Source: an uncultured archaeon
GTDB taxonomy: Archaea; Asgardarchaeota; Lokiarchaeia; Sigyniarchaeales; SOKP01
Assembly: GCA_964525635.1 (NCBI GenBank)
Contig: CAZGJX010000003.1
Coordinates: forward strand, 44,189-108,188
DNA: 64,000 bases
Direction: 5' to 3'
Part shown: piece by piece, positions 10,519 through 20,814 of the stretch
Layout of the letters: each line of letters starts with the position of its first letter
Numbering within the stretch: position 1 is the stretch's first letter
Translations under genes and position numbers: made by a program
The notes under the pieces: model-generated
Told to the model about the DNA's origin: nothing
Database searches by the model: none
Seen by the model: the letters and a program-made list of their open reading frames with translations, nothing else

Positions 10519-11034
10519 ATGATTAATATTAATGAAGCAGATGTAAATGATGCAGAGGAAATATTGGATTTACAGAAAGAAGCTTATATAAGTGAAGCTG
10601 AAATATATAATGATTATACAATTTCCCCACTCCATCAAACATTAGAAGAAATAAAACATGACTTTTCATATAAAAAATTTGTCAAACTAATAATCAATAG
10701 AAAGATTATTGGCTCTATTAGAGGATTTAATAAGAATGACACTTGTTATATAGAAAGAATAATCGTTCAACCTAATTATCAGAATCAGGGTCTTGGAAAA
10801 AAGTTATTAAGAAAGTTAGAGAAAATATTTGATAAATCAAAAAGATATGAGCTTTATTCTGGATATAAGAGCGAAAAAAATTTGTATTTTTATAAAAAGA
10901 ATGGATATAGACCATTTAAAGAAGAAATATTGAATGAAAATGTAAAACTTATCTTTTTAGAAAAATATAAACAAAAGAATAATATTAATATTCAATTTGA
11001 TTTCTCTAAATCTTGGATTAGCAATAATTTATGA
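10519..11034 (+). CDS. GNAT family N-acetyltransferase
   Basis: IVQPNYQNQGLGKKLL acetyl-CoA motif A; NLYFYKKNGY motif B. Confidence 0.9.
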   Translation: MININEADVNDAEEILDLQKEAYISEAEIYNDYTISPLHQTLEEIKHDFSYKKFVKLIINRKIIGSIRGFNKNDTCYIERIIVQPNYQNQGLGKKLLRKLEKIFDKSKRYELYSGYKSEKNLYFYKKNGYRPFKEEILNENVKLIFLEKYKQKNNINIQFDFSKSWISNNL

Positions 11035-11275
11035 AAAGAATAAATTAATCTATAAATTTAAAAAAGGGGAATATATTGAATCAAATAGGACTGTTTAAAA
11101 AAAAAATGATTTTAAAGAAAATTTGTTTACTCCCCTATAAAGAAATATAAATAAAAGACAAATAATCATCATAAAATAGATTTATAAAAGAATACTTCTT
11201 TATAAATTAATCAAGCAATATATCTACTCTAAAGGTTATTTGTAATAGAGAAAAAAATAAAAAAATCATTGAGAT

Positions 11276-12778
11276 ATGTCAGATTACTTAAAGAATAAAA
11301 GTTTTTTGGATTTTATTTTAAAAGAATCAAATGAAAAGTATAATTTCATACTTCAGAATACAAATGATTTGATTCAAATTCTCAATGATAAATTTAAAAT
11401 TGATTATATAAATGACCAAGCTCATTTTAAAACAATAGGATATTCTAGCGAAGATTTAATTGGAAATAACTTAGGAGAACTCATTCATCCAAATGAGTCC
11501 AAGGACGTCAGACTTTTCTTAGAAAACCTTCTAAAAAATGGTGAAACAGAACGTGAAGGAAGATTAAAACATAAAAATGGGAATTGGATTTGGTTTAATA
11601 TAAGAGGAAAAAAAATTTTAGATCTAAATGATGAGATAAAATATTTGATAATTTCGAGAGAAATCTCAAAAGAAAAAAAAGTAGAAGAAGAGTTAAAAAC
11701 TTCTGAAGAGAAATATCGTCTTATAACAGAAAATGCAAATGATTTAATTGATATTATTGATAAAGATTTTAAAATTGAATATATCAATGAAGAAGTCCAT
11801 AAAAAAATACTAGGTTATTCAAAAAAAGATTTAATTGGAAAATTAGCTATTAATTTTGTCCATCCAGATGATTTTTTAACTGCTATGAAATCTTTAAAAA
11901 GAGGAATTAAGCAAGGTGAGGGAGAAGCAGAAATAAGATTTAAACATAAAAATGGAAATTGGGTATGGTTAGAAATTAGAGGGAGAATATTTATAGATAT
12001 TAATGGTAAGGAGAAAGGATTATTAATTTCTAGAGATGAAACAAAAAGAAAAGAAGCTGAAGAAAAATTAAAAAAGACATTAGAAGAATTAAAACGTTCT
12101 AATGCGGATTTAGAGCAATTTGCTTATATTGCTTCACATGATCTTCAGGAACCTCTCCGTATGGTGGCTAGCTTTACACAATTATTGGGCAAACGTTATA
12201 AAGATAAATTAGATTCAGACGCAAATGATTTTATTAATTTCGCAGTAGATGGTGCTAAACGAATGCAAGAATTGATAAATGATTTATTAACCTATTCAAA
12301 AGTAAGAACACATGGGCAACCCTTTGAGGAAGTTGATTTAAATAAGATCCTGAAAGATGTTCTAAAGAATTTAAAATTTTCTATTGATGATTCAGATACT
12401 ATATTTACCTATGATCCTTTACCTGTAATAATGGGTGATAGCTTACAGATCTCTCAATTATTTCAAAATTTAATTTCAAATGCAATAAAATTTAATGATA
12501 AAGAACAACCTATGGTTAGTATATCTATAAAAACAAAAAAAAAAGATTGGGTTTTTTCTATTCGTGATAATGGAATTGGAATAGATCCTAAATATTATGA
12601 TACCATATTTAAAATCTTTAAAAGATTGCATAGTAGAAAAGATTATCCAGGATCAGGAATAGGACTATCGATATGCAAGAAAATAATTAAACGTCATGCG
12701 GGAGAGATTTGGGTTGAATCAGAAGAAGGAAGAGGTTCAGTATTTTATTTTTCAATTCCAAAAATTAAAATTAGATAA
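11276..12778 (+). CDS. Cytoplasmic PAS-PAS sensor histidine kinase (Cph1-type kinase core)
   Basis: Two PAS/PAC repeats (IHPNE/VHPDD, KHKNGNWxW); H-box FAYIASHDLQEPLR; N-box NLISNAIKF; DNGIG and GSGIGL G-boxes. Confidence 0.92.
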   Translation: MSDYLKNKSFLDFILKESNEKYNFILQNTNDLIQILNDKFKIDYINDQAHFKTIGYSSEDLIGNNLGELIHPNESKDVRLFLENLLKNGETEREGRLKHKNGNWIWFNIRGKKILDLNDEIKYLIISREISKEKKVEEELKTSEEKYRLITENANDLIDIIDKDFKIEYINEEVHKKILGYSKKDLIGKLAINFVHPDDFLTAMKSLKRGIKQGEGEAEIRFKHKNGNWVWLEIRGRIFIDINGKEKGLLISRDETKRKEAEEKLKKTLEELKRSNADLEQFAYIASHDLQEPLRMVASFTQLLGKRYKDKLDSDANDFINFAVDGAKRMQELINDLLTYSKVRTHGQPFEEVDLNKILKDVLKNLKFSIDDSDTIFTYDPLPVIMGDSLQISQLFQNLISNAIKFNDKEQPMVSISIKTKKKDWVFSIRDNGIGIDPKYYDTIFKIFKRLHSRKDYPGSGIGLSICKKIIKRHAGEIWVESEEGRGSVFYFSIPKIKIR

Positions 12779-12870
12779 TTTTATTTTATACTAAATTTAA
12801 AAAGTGTGGAAAAAAATAATAGAATGGATAAAATAAATATAATTCTATTATAAAAAAAAAATGAGATAAA

Positions 12871-13308
12871 ATGACTGTTATTAATATTTTATTAGTTGAA
12901 GATAATCCTGGTGATGTTAGGTTATTTAAAGAATCATTTAAAGAAAGTGAAATTGAAAATAAACTTCATGTGGTTGGAGATGGAGTTGAGGCGATGTCAT
13001 TTTTAAAGAAAGAGGGGAAGTATATAGATAGCCCACGTCCTAACCTTATCCTCTTAGATATTCGAATGCCAAAAAAAAATGGATATGAAGTCCTTGATGA
13101 TATTAGAAAAGAAGAATCATTAAGTAATATTCCAGTTGTAATTCTTACTGCTACAGAAGTAAAAGATGAAAGTATTAAGAATTACTCGAGTGATGTAATT
13201 TGTTTTCTTAAAAAACCAGAGAGTATGGATCAATTTATATTAGGTGTACAATCAATCTTCCGCTTTTTATTTTTATCAAATACATTTAATAAAGATAAAG
13301 AGAAATAG
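12871..13308 (+). CDS. Single-domain response regulator (Rcp1-like)
   Basis: ILLVEDNPGD, LILLDIRMPKKNG, PVVILT, KKP. Confidence 0.9.
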   Translation: MTVINILLVEDNPGDVRLFKESFKESEIENKLHVVGDGVEAMSFLKKEGKYIDSPRPNLILLDIRMPKKNGYEVLDDIRKEESLSNIPVVILTATEVKDESIKNYSSDVICFLKKPESMDQFILGVQSIFRFLFLSNTFNKDKEK

Positions 13309-13341
13309 ATATAACTATAATTTAAGAAAAAAATCAATAAA

Positions 13342-13782
13342 ATGAATAAAATTGAGATTTTATTAGTTGAAGATAATTCAGGAGATATTCGTTTAATAAA
13401 AGAAGCATTTAAAGAAACTAAAATCCCAAATAAACTTCATGTGGTGGGAGATGGTTTAGAAGCTATTTCATTTTTAAGAAATGAAGGTAAATATATGGAT
13501 GAACAACAACCAGACCTCATTATATTAGATTTAAATTTACCTAAAAAAGATGGATATGAAGTTTTAACCACAATTAAACAGGATAAATCTTTAAAAAAAA
13601 TACCTGTTTTAATTCTCTCCGTGTCAGCAGCAGAAGAAGATATAAAGAAATCTTATGAATGTCATGCAAATTGTTTTATTAAAAAACCAGTTGATATGGA
13701 TCAATTTATTGATATTATAAAAAGCATTGGTAATTTTTGGTTTGAAATTGTTAAACTACCACCAAAAGAACATATAAAATAA
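13342..13782 (+). CDS. Single-domain response regulator (Rcp1-like)
   Basis: ILLVEDNSGD, LDLNLPKKDG, ANCFIKKP and FWF..VKLP Rcp1-type tail. Confidence 0.92.
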   Translation: MNKIEILLVEDNSGDIRLIKEAFKETKIPNKLHVVGDGLEAISFLRNEGKYMDEQQPDLIILDLNLPKKDGYEVLTTIKQDKSLKKIPVLILSVSAAEEDIKKSYECHANCFIKKPVDMDQFIDIIKSIGNFWFEIVKLPPKEHIK

Positions 13783-13816
13783 AAGAATAAAAAAAAATAA
13801 AATTAAGAAATAGAAA

Positions 13817-14689
13817 TTAATTATTTCTAGAGAGATCTAATTCCCCGTTTAACGCCTCAGATATTCCAAACCTTTTTGCCCAATTTTGAATGAATTTTCT
13901 CCTTTTGTTAAACGTCATATCTAAAGCAATTATTCCTAAGACCATCATAAAAGCAATAAATATAGGCATAAATGGCCAAATTATATAAATTAACAGATTA
14001 GCTGCACCTCCATCTGATTCAATTGATAACAAGTGTGTATAGAAAGTATAAAAAGAGATAATAACTGCAACTCCAGCATAGCCCTTCATAAGATATATAT
14101 ACCACCCACCAACACTTCTAATTTCAATTGGATCAGAACGATCTCTTACTTTTTTCTTATTAGTATAAACAATTCCAGCATCCAACAAGAACCAAGTGGG
14201 AGAAAATATAGCCATAGAAACTCCCGTTATTAAAGGGAGTATTACCGAAAATGCAAGCATTTGTGCCATAGATGTTTCGGGTTCACGAAGGGTTATTTCT
14301 TGAATAGTTGAATTAGCACTAAAAACTAAACATAAATTAACTGTCAATAATGCAGGAAATAATGCTTTAAAAAAAACTCCTTTAATTTTATTACTTTGAG
14401 CTCTATTTTGAAATCCGTATATCATCTTTCGGCCAATTGTTTTTTTATGAACAAATAAAAAGAATGGTCCAAGAATATAGCCACCAACTATAGCTCCAAC
14501 TATACTCCCAATAATTGTAAAAATTAAAATCCATAAAGATTGAGTTCCTTGTGTAGGAACAGGAATAACTTTTGCATAACCTTTATCTCCCCTACCTACA
14601 ACATACAATGTTATAAAAATAAAAACCATCATTAAACCAATTATTATCAAATAAGGAGTTAAGATTTTCTTGTATTTTTCTATTGTCAT
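13817..14689 (-). CDS. Hypothetical multi-pass membrane protein
   Basis: 290-aa ORF with about 6 hydrophobic segments; no motif recognised. Confidence 0.7.
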   Translation of the reverse strand: MTIEKYKKILTPYLIIIGLMMVFIFITLYVVGRGDKGYAKVIPVPTQGTQSLWILIFTIIGSIVGAIVGGYILGPFFLFVHKKTIGRKMIYGFQNRAQSNKIKGVFFKALFPALLTVNLCLVFSANSTIQEITLREPETSMAQMLAFSVILPLITGVSMAIFSPTWFLLDAGIVYTNKKKVRDRSDPIEIRSVGGWYIYLMKGYAGVAVIISFYTFYTHLLSIESDGGAANLLIYIIWPFMPIFIAFMMVLGIIALDMTFNKRRKFIQNWAKRFGISEALNGELDLSRNN

Positions 14690-14868
14690 TTTTTAAGAGA
14701 ATTAATTATAAATTTTTGTTATAATAATTATCAACTCCATATTTTTAACTTATTTATATTCAAATGCTTAAATTTAAAAATAAAAAGAAAATATTTTTAA
14801 AAAACTGAATTTTCATCTTGAACTAATAATATGTTTATCCTCTGAATATAATAATATTAGAAGTTATA

Positions 14869-15806
14869 TTACTTATTTTTGGGATTAGCTAATCTATTTT
14901 TTTTCTCATTATAATATAAAATATAGTTTTTTCCCAATATTTTTTCTAATTGGGAATGGAATTGGGAATTTTTTTTTTAATCCATCTCATTCCATGTTTG
15001 ATTGTCTAAATCAATCTTTTTTCCACTCTGTTTAGTCCTATTTCAGTTGCTAGTTCATCATGAACTCTAATATTTGCTTCTTTAATCCAAGTTTGCATTA
15101 GATCGATTATTTTCTGTGACATATATTTTGATAAGTCCTTAATATTATTTCCCACAGATTTTCTCACAGATATTGATGGATCACTATTTAATTTAGTTAA
15201 AATATCTAAGATCTTATCATTTTGATTTGAATCTCTTAACCATTTGATTTCTGCTTTTGGTCTTAAGGATTCAGCAACAAACCGTCTCAAATTCTGATTT
15301 TTATCATTAATCCAATTTGTTAGAACCAATAAAACATCATCAGGTTTTTTTTTTAATCCAGATAAGACACAAAAGCAGATACTCTCTCTAACAGTCCAAT
15401 CATTATGATCAGCATATATTTTTATAAAGGGTACAATATCCTCAAAATTATCAGGAAAATTATAGATATATTCTGATAAAATAAGTAAAGCAAATTGTTG
15501 TATAGATCTATTATTATAGGTTTCTCCCTATTTAAATGCTTTTTCTGATAATTCTATATAGTACTCCTTATCTATATTGATTATTTTTTTTAAATAATTC
15601 ATTATCTCTTTTGAAACATATGTAGAGATATAAGAACTCCCCTTGCCTATTCTCTCATTTTCAGGAATAATATTATATTCATTTTTGAGAAATAGATTCA
15701 TTTTATTAAGTAATAAATTATTTTTATCGATCTTCCAACTCTTAATTCTTTTACAAAATTCTAATGTGCATTGCCTGATTAAATTTGAAGAACTTATTGA
15801 TACCAT
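14869..15806 (-). pseudogene. HEAT-repeat DNA alkylation repair (AlkC/AlkD-like) gene, disrupted
   Basis: ORFs 15528..15806 and 15006..15329 are in the same frame, joined through an in-frame TAG (15528-15530). A second TAG lies at 15006-15008, followed by a 1-nt slip in an A-run near 14970. Motifs: ADHNDWTVRE, NLRRFVAESLRP, DPSISVRKSVGNNIKDLSK. Confidence 0.75.
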
Positions 15807-15844
15807 TTTTCTTAATAAATAAATAATTTTTTCAAGTGATTATT

Positions 15845-17203
15845 CTATCTTATGTAATAATGATAATCACATGTTAATTCTTTATTTTCCCCTGGTGCTA
15901 TTCGAATATTCCATTTTACTAGACTATGTCCCGTTAGTGCCTCTGATCCCTTGAAAGATGCCCAATCATTACTTCTAAAATCAGATATAGTTATTTTCCC
16001 ATCATGCGATGCAGTTATAGCATTACCTCCTAGATCACATTTGATTAAAAGATTTACAGATTCTTTCTTATAATTTATTATTTTTAGAGTCCCCTTTTTA
16101 GATACTTTATTGTAGTCATAATCATCAAAATGGATTGCATTTATTTCTCGTTCTATTTCTTCTTCAGAATATGTACCTCTGATATCAACTGCAATTGACA
16201 GAGGGATAAGGAGATTCTCCCCAATAGAAGTATAAGTTAATAATTCCTGACATAATGGTAATAAATCTTTTATTATTATCGCAGGTCCAGTTGTCCAAGG
16301 TACATTAGTATTATTTGATATTTCAATTTGATGCCAAATCTCATTCTTGGTTAATTTAACAGGGGATATATATGACTTTGAGGATTTAGATTGAACATTA
16401 ATACTTGAATGACTTAAATGTAAATCCCAAGTATAGATGTGTTTAAATTCTTGTTTTGTAGAAATTAGAGGAATTATTGCTCTTTCTCCTACATTAACCG
16501 ATATTTTTGAAACTTTGTAGAGAAAAAAATCTTCTGATTTTTCACCACCTAATTCTGAGGGAATTGTAGGAGTAGTTGAGGTAAAATCTTCTGTACTAGG
16601 GGTTCTTTCTTCCATACCACCCATTCTTTGATCCATCATTACATTAGAGAACATTTGTTGTCCTACTAATTGAGGGGCTGTTTCTCTAAGAGAATTCTTA
16701 AGAATTGATTCAAAACTAAGAGGAGAAACCGAATCTTTGAATCTAAAATTGGGTACCCCAACAACTAAATCAATAGCAACATTTTCAAGATCTTCTGCTT
16801 CATTGATAAGTTCTGCTTGCATCCTAAGATTACATTCATTATTCTCATTTATTTTAATATGATATGTAGGAATCCAACGGATTCCAGGTCCAAAATAGAT
16901 TATATTTGCCTCAATTGTCGTTCCTGCTGCTTTAGATTCAAATTGAAGTTCAAAATACTTTTCTTTTTCTTGAAGAGATTTTCTTGTAAAAATTTGTTGC
17001 TTTGCAATAATATTAAGGAGTGTACCATTACTTGGAATTATCCAAAAGGACCCAATAACCATAGATTCAGGGATTTTATCAATAATTCCTTTACTATTTA
17101 GGTCTAAAGTGCCTATAGCTTTTTTAACAAATAAACAGTACCCATCTTTAAAGATAATTACTCTTAATGTCTTCAATTCAAATATATTTTTATTATTTTG
17201 CAT
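15845..17203 (-). CDS. DUF4139/DUF4140-like protein
   Basis: N-terminal VIIFKDGY, GIRWIPTY, QAELINEAEDL, NNTNVPW, and C-terminal WNIRIAPGENKELTCDY beta-sandwich end. Confidence 0.72.
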   Translation of the reverse strand: MQNNKNIFELKTLRVIIFKDGYCLFVKKAIGTLDLNSKGIIDKIPESMVIGSFWIIPSNGTLLNIIAKQQIFTRKSLQEKEKYFELQFESKAAGTTIEANIIYFGPGIRWIPTYHIKINENNECNLRMQAELINEAEDLENVAIDLVVGVPNFRFKDSVSPLSFESILKNSLRETAPQLVGQQMFSNVMMDQRMGGMEERTPSTEDFTSTTPTIPSELGGEKSEDFFLYKVSKISVNVGERAIIPLISTKQEFKHIYTWDLHLSHSSINVQSKSSKSYISPVKLTKNEIWHQIEISNNTNVPWTTGPAIIIKDLLPLCQELLTYTSIGENLLIPLSIAVDIRGTYSEEEIEREINAIHFDDYDYNKVSKKGTLKIINYKKESVNLLIKCDLGGNAITASHDGKITISDFRSNDWASFKGSEALTGHSLVKWNIRIAPGENKELTCDYHYYIR

Positions 17204-17406
17204 TATCTTTCCGTCTATTACTTTATGTTATTAAAAATATTTAAGAAATAATATAAACATTTAGTTAATCAACTTTGATATCTTCAATAAAAATTTCTAC
17301 GTAATAAAGAAATAGTAGAAAAGTTAAATATATAATATGATCTTTTATTCAAATAAAACGATTAAGAATATATCCCCATAATTCATTAACTATATAAGTA
17401 TTTATT

Positions 17407-18561
17407 ATGAATATAAGTGGTTTAGTCAGAAAAGAATTTGGTCGATTAAGAAGTGATAAAAGGACTTTAATTCTATTATTTGCAATTCCGCTTGTATTAA
17501 TAATAATATTTGGATTAACTTCAGGAGGGGGTCCTTCAGAATTCTTTCATGCATCAATTATAACAAGAGATGATATGGATTCTTCATATCCGTTTCCCCC
17601 GATGAGTTCTGAATATGATGAAGTATTTATATCGATTTTTAATGATAATCTTACCTCCTTTGGCCTTGAAAGTTATTATAATGTATCAAATGAAGAAGAA
17701 TATTCTGAAGCCTATATTAATTGTAAAAATTTACTGAAAAAGGAGATTATTGATATTTTTATAGTATTACCAGAAAATTTCTCCGAGACCGTCAGGGATA
17801 ACTTAGACACGCATTTAATTTACTATATAGATGGATCGGATCTACAAGCAGTGAAAGCAATTAATGTTTCAATGTTAGAGCCTATAGTCCAATTCAAATT
17901 AAGAACAGGAAAGATGGTTAATTTTACTATGTTGTTGCCATATTTAGAATTTGAAGTACCTTTTTGGGAATCACAAGTATTAAATTATGCTTTTGCATTA
18001 ACAATTCCTTTAATAATTATAGGAACAACAATGAATCTTTCATGTTTATCAATTGTGTCAGAAGGACCTTTACCAAGAATGCTTATTACTCCTGCTTCAA
18101 AAAGATCTATTATACTAAGTAAATTAGTCGCAAATTCATTAATTATGATACTTCAAGCAGGAGAAATTTTTATTGCAACTGCTATATTTGGTCTTTATAG
18201 TTTAGGTTCATTATTTGATTTATTTTTAGTATTTCTTGCAATTGGATTTAGTGGAGTAACTATAGGTATTTTTATATCATCAATAAGTAAAACGGATCAA
18301 CAAGCAAATCAACTCTATATGGTCTTTTTTATTATTATTTTATTATTTTCAGGACAATTTGTAAGTGTTGGGAATCTTCCTGCCTATATGCAGGCCATTA
18401 TCTATTCACTTCCTTTAGGACATGGTATACCGCTTACATTTGATATAACATTAAAAGGATTGCCATTAAATCTTATAACTTTTTCCAGTATAATATTTAT
18501 ATCTTTGGTATATATACTCTTGGCTTATATCATTTATTTATTTAAAAGAATAGAGGTTTGA
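17407..18561 (+). CDS. ABC-2 type (YbhR/YbhS-like) transporter permease with extracytoplasmic domain
   Basis: KEF..L..D start, TM1, large loop, RMLITP, five further TMs, FSG.F...LP.YMQ.I...LP. Confidence 0.88.
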   Translation: MNISGLVRKEFGRLRSDKRTLILLFAIPLVLIIIFGLTSGGGPSEFFHASIITRDDMDSSYPFPPMSSEYDEVFISIFNDNLTSFGLESYYNVSNEEEYSEAYINCKNLLKKEIIDIFIVLPENFSETVRDNLDTHLIYYIDGSDLQAVKAINVSMLEPIVQFKLRTGKMVNFTMLLPYLEFEVPFWESQVLNYAFALTIPLIIIGTTMNLSCLSIVSEGPLPRMLITPASKRSIILSKLVANSLIMILQAGEIFIATAIFGLYSLGSLFDLFLVFLAIGFSGVTIGIFISSISKTDQQANQLYMVFFIIILLFSGQFVSVGNLPAYMQAIIYSLPLGHGIPLTFDITLKGLPLNLITFSSIIFISLVYILLAYIIYLFKRIEV

Positions 18562-19787
18562 AAATGAATAGTGAAAATGAATTAAAAGATAAAAAGAATG
18601 ATCAAGGAGGATTAATTAGAGTTAAGAGTAGCTTATTTAGGATTTTAAAAATGATTAAAAAAGAATTTAGATTATTAAAAACTGATCCTTGGAATTTAGT
18701 AATTGCTATATTAATACCTCCGCTCATTATTATGTTATTTTCTTTTATGACGGGAGAAGCAGGAGAATCACCACCATTACCTGTAGTTATTGTTTCAAAT
18801 GATTCAAATACTTTTATAAATCCAAATAATTACACAGAATCAACATTGGATAGTTATTCCATACCTTACATAAATGCTGCGAATAAGTCAGAATTGTTAG
18901 ATCTTAAGGCCGTCTATAACTCAACAAAATTTCCATATTCTATGGAAATTGCAAGAGAAGAGTTACTTAAAAGCAAAATTGGTTGTATTATTGTTATTCC
19001 TGTAGAATTTACGGAATTGTTAGTCTTAGGATATCCCGGAATAATTGAATGTATCCCAGATTCTTCGAGAATTTCTAAAGTTCAAGATAGTATTAATGCA
19101 GTATATGATTCGATCAAGATTTTTGTTGAAGATAATCATTTAACTCCTCAAATTATTTTAAATGGATTTGAAGAATTTTCTGTCCCAGAAGAATATAATT
19201 TAAAATTTAGCTCTAATATAATACAATTATTACCTCTCATGGTATTTGGGATAGCAAATGTATTGACGATTCTTGTTATCGTTAAAGAAAATCCTATTTC
19301 TAGACTCTTACTAACTCCTGTTAAAAAAACAGAGATACTCATCTCAAAATATTTTACTTATTCGGTCGTATTATTCTTTCAAAATTTGGCTATAATTCTT
19401 GCTACAGTATTTAGTGGATTATATATAAGAGGATCTACTTTCGATCTTTTTGGAGCATTGTATATAATTGGTTATACTGGAATAAGTATGGGTCTTTTTA
19501 TTAGTTCCATTAGTAAAACAAAAACAGAAGCAAATCAATTATTTTTTGCTTCTTTTATAATAATAATCCTTTTAAGTGGATTATTTGTCCCATTAGGAAG
19601 CATGCCCATATATCTAAGTTTATTCGCTCAATTATTGCCTTTATCTCATGCAAATCCCCTAATTAGAAGTGTATTATCAAAAGGGAACTCTATTTTCGGA
19701 TATCATTTCTATATATTATTATTAGTAAGTTTAGCTTTGAATATTATTACATTTTTAATATTTTATAAAAGGAGGTATGAAGTATAA
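18558..19787 (+). CDS. ABC-2 type transporter permease, second paralog
   Basis: KKEFRLLKTD, RLLLTPVKK, LLSGLFVPLGSMP; overlaps the upstream permease by 4 nt. Confidence 0.88.
   Translation: MKMNSENELKDKKNDQGGLIRVKSSLFRILKMIKKEFRLLKTDPWNLVIAILIPPLIIMLFSFMTGEAGESPPLPVVIVSNDSNTFINPNNYTESTLDSYSIPYINAANKSELLDLKAVYNSTKFPYSMEIAREELLKSKIGCIIVIPVEFTELLVLGYPGIIECIPDSSRISKVQDSINAVYDSIKIFVEDNHLTPQIILNGFEEFSVPEEYNLKFSSNIIQLLPLMVFGIANVLTILVIVKENPISRLLLTPVKKTEILISKYFTYSVVLFFQNLAIILATVFSGLYIRGSTFDLFGALYIIGYTGISMGLFISSISKTKTEANQLFFASFIIIILLSGLFVPLGSMPIYLSLFAQLLPLSHANPLIRSVLSKGNSIFGYHFYILLLVSLALNIITFLIFYKRRYEV
19771..19776 (+). promoter_or_regulatory. Shine-Dalgarno site for the ABC ATPase
   Basis: GGAGGT lies 7 nt upstream of an in-frame ATA (19784). 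Confidence 0.5.
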
Positions 19788-20788
19788 TTCTGGGAAATTT
19801 AAATTCTAAAAATATAATCGTCAATGTAAGAAATCTCAAAGTTAACTTTAAAAAAAAAAAAATTATTCATGACGTATCCTTTCAAGTCTACAAAGGAGAA
19901 ATTATTGGATTATTTGGAATATCTGGGGCAGGTAAGACAACTATAATTAGAGTTCTAACTTGCCAAATAAAGGAAAAAAATTGGAAAGGGATAGTATCAG
20001 TAACTAATTTAAATCCTAAAAGAAAAAAGAATCATTCAAAAATACTGAGTAATATAGGATATGTTCCTCAGTTAGAATTACTTAATCTATATTATGATTT
20101 ATCTCCTTTGGTAAATGTTGAAATATTTGCATCTAATTATGGACTAAAAAAAGAAATTGCATTAAAAGCTGCAAAAGATTTATTTTCAATTTTAGATATC
20201 CCAAAAGATACCTGGAAAAATCCATTAGAAAAACTTAGTGGTGGTGAGAAAAAGAGAGTTTCTATGGCTATTGGTTTAATTCATAAACCTAGTGTATTAT
20301 TTCTCGATGAGCCAACGACAGGAGTAGATGCAAACAAACGTTATGATATTTTAAATTATCTAAAGATATTAAATAGAAAATTGGGAACAACTATGTTTTT
20401 AATTACACATGATCTAGAAGCAGCTTTAATATGTGATAAAACAGCAATTTTAAGAGAAGGAAAATTATTAGAATTTGATGAACCACACAATTTAATATCC
20501 TCTCTTCCAAGTGAAGGAAAATTAGCAAGATTTATAATAGAGGACTTAAATGAGGATATAATTAATTTAATACAAGAATTTCCTTATTGTGAGTTTGTAG
20601 TTCGCACGGGAAATGATGTATTAGAAGTATTTATGAATGATTTTGAAAAAAATTTTATGGAATTTATCAATTTTTTATTTAACAATAAAGTAAAAATAAT
20701 TTCAATGAGTAGAGATATAGCAAATTTTAGGAGATATTTTCAAATACGAATTCAAGAAGAAGAAAGAAAAATTTATGAAAATTTATGA
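19784..20788 (+). CDS. ABC transporter ATP-binding protein (extended 5' of the ORF-track start; probable ATA start)
   Basis: The frame is open from 19781 and in frame with 20108. The extension carries Walker A GISGAGKTT and Q-loop IGYVPQ; downstream are LSGGEKKR, FLDEPT and ITHD. No ATG/GTG/TTG occurs before Walker A. Confidence 0.85.
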   Translation: MILGNLNSKNIIVNVRNLKVNFKKKKIIHDVSFQVYKGEIIGLFGISGAGKTTIIRVLTCQIKEKNWKGIVSVTNLNPKRKKNHSKILSNIGYVPQLELLNLYYDLSPLVNVEIFASNYGLKKEIALKAAKDLFSILDIPKDTWKNPLEKLSGGEKKRVSMAIGLIHKPSVLFLDEPTTGVDANKRYDILNYLKILNRKLGTTMFLITHDLEAALICDKTAILREGKLLEFDEPHNLISSLPSEGKLARFIIEDLNEDIINLIQEFPYCEFVVRTGNDVLEVFMNDFEKNFMEFINFLFNNKVKIISMSRDIANFRRYFQIRIQEEERKIYENL

Positions 20789-20802
20789 TTAATTTTACCG
20801 AA

Positions 20803-20809
20803 AGGTGAT
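20803..20809 (+). promoter_or_regulatory. Shine-Dalgarno site for the barrel-ATPase fusion
   Basis: AGGTGAT (complement of the 16S tail AUCACCU) lies 5 nt upstream of an in-frame ATA at 20815. Confidence 0.5.
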
Positions 20810-20814
20810 AAATA

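Noticed and set aside
11276-12778. Phytochrome
   Set aside because: No GAF/PHY photosensory module; only the kinase core is Cph1-like.
19850-19862. Frameshift at the 13-A run in the ABC ATPase
   Set aside because: The run keeps the frame (KKKKI). The short ORF call is due to the missing canonical start.
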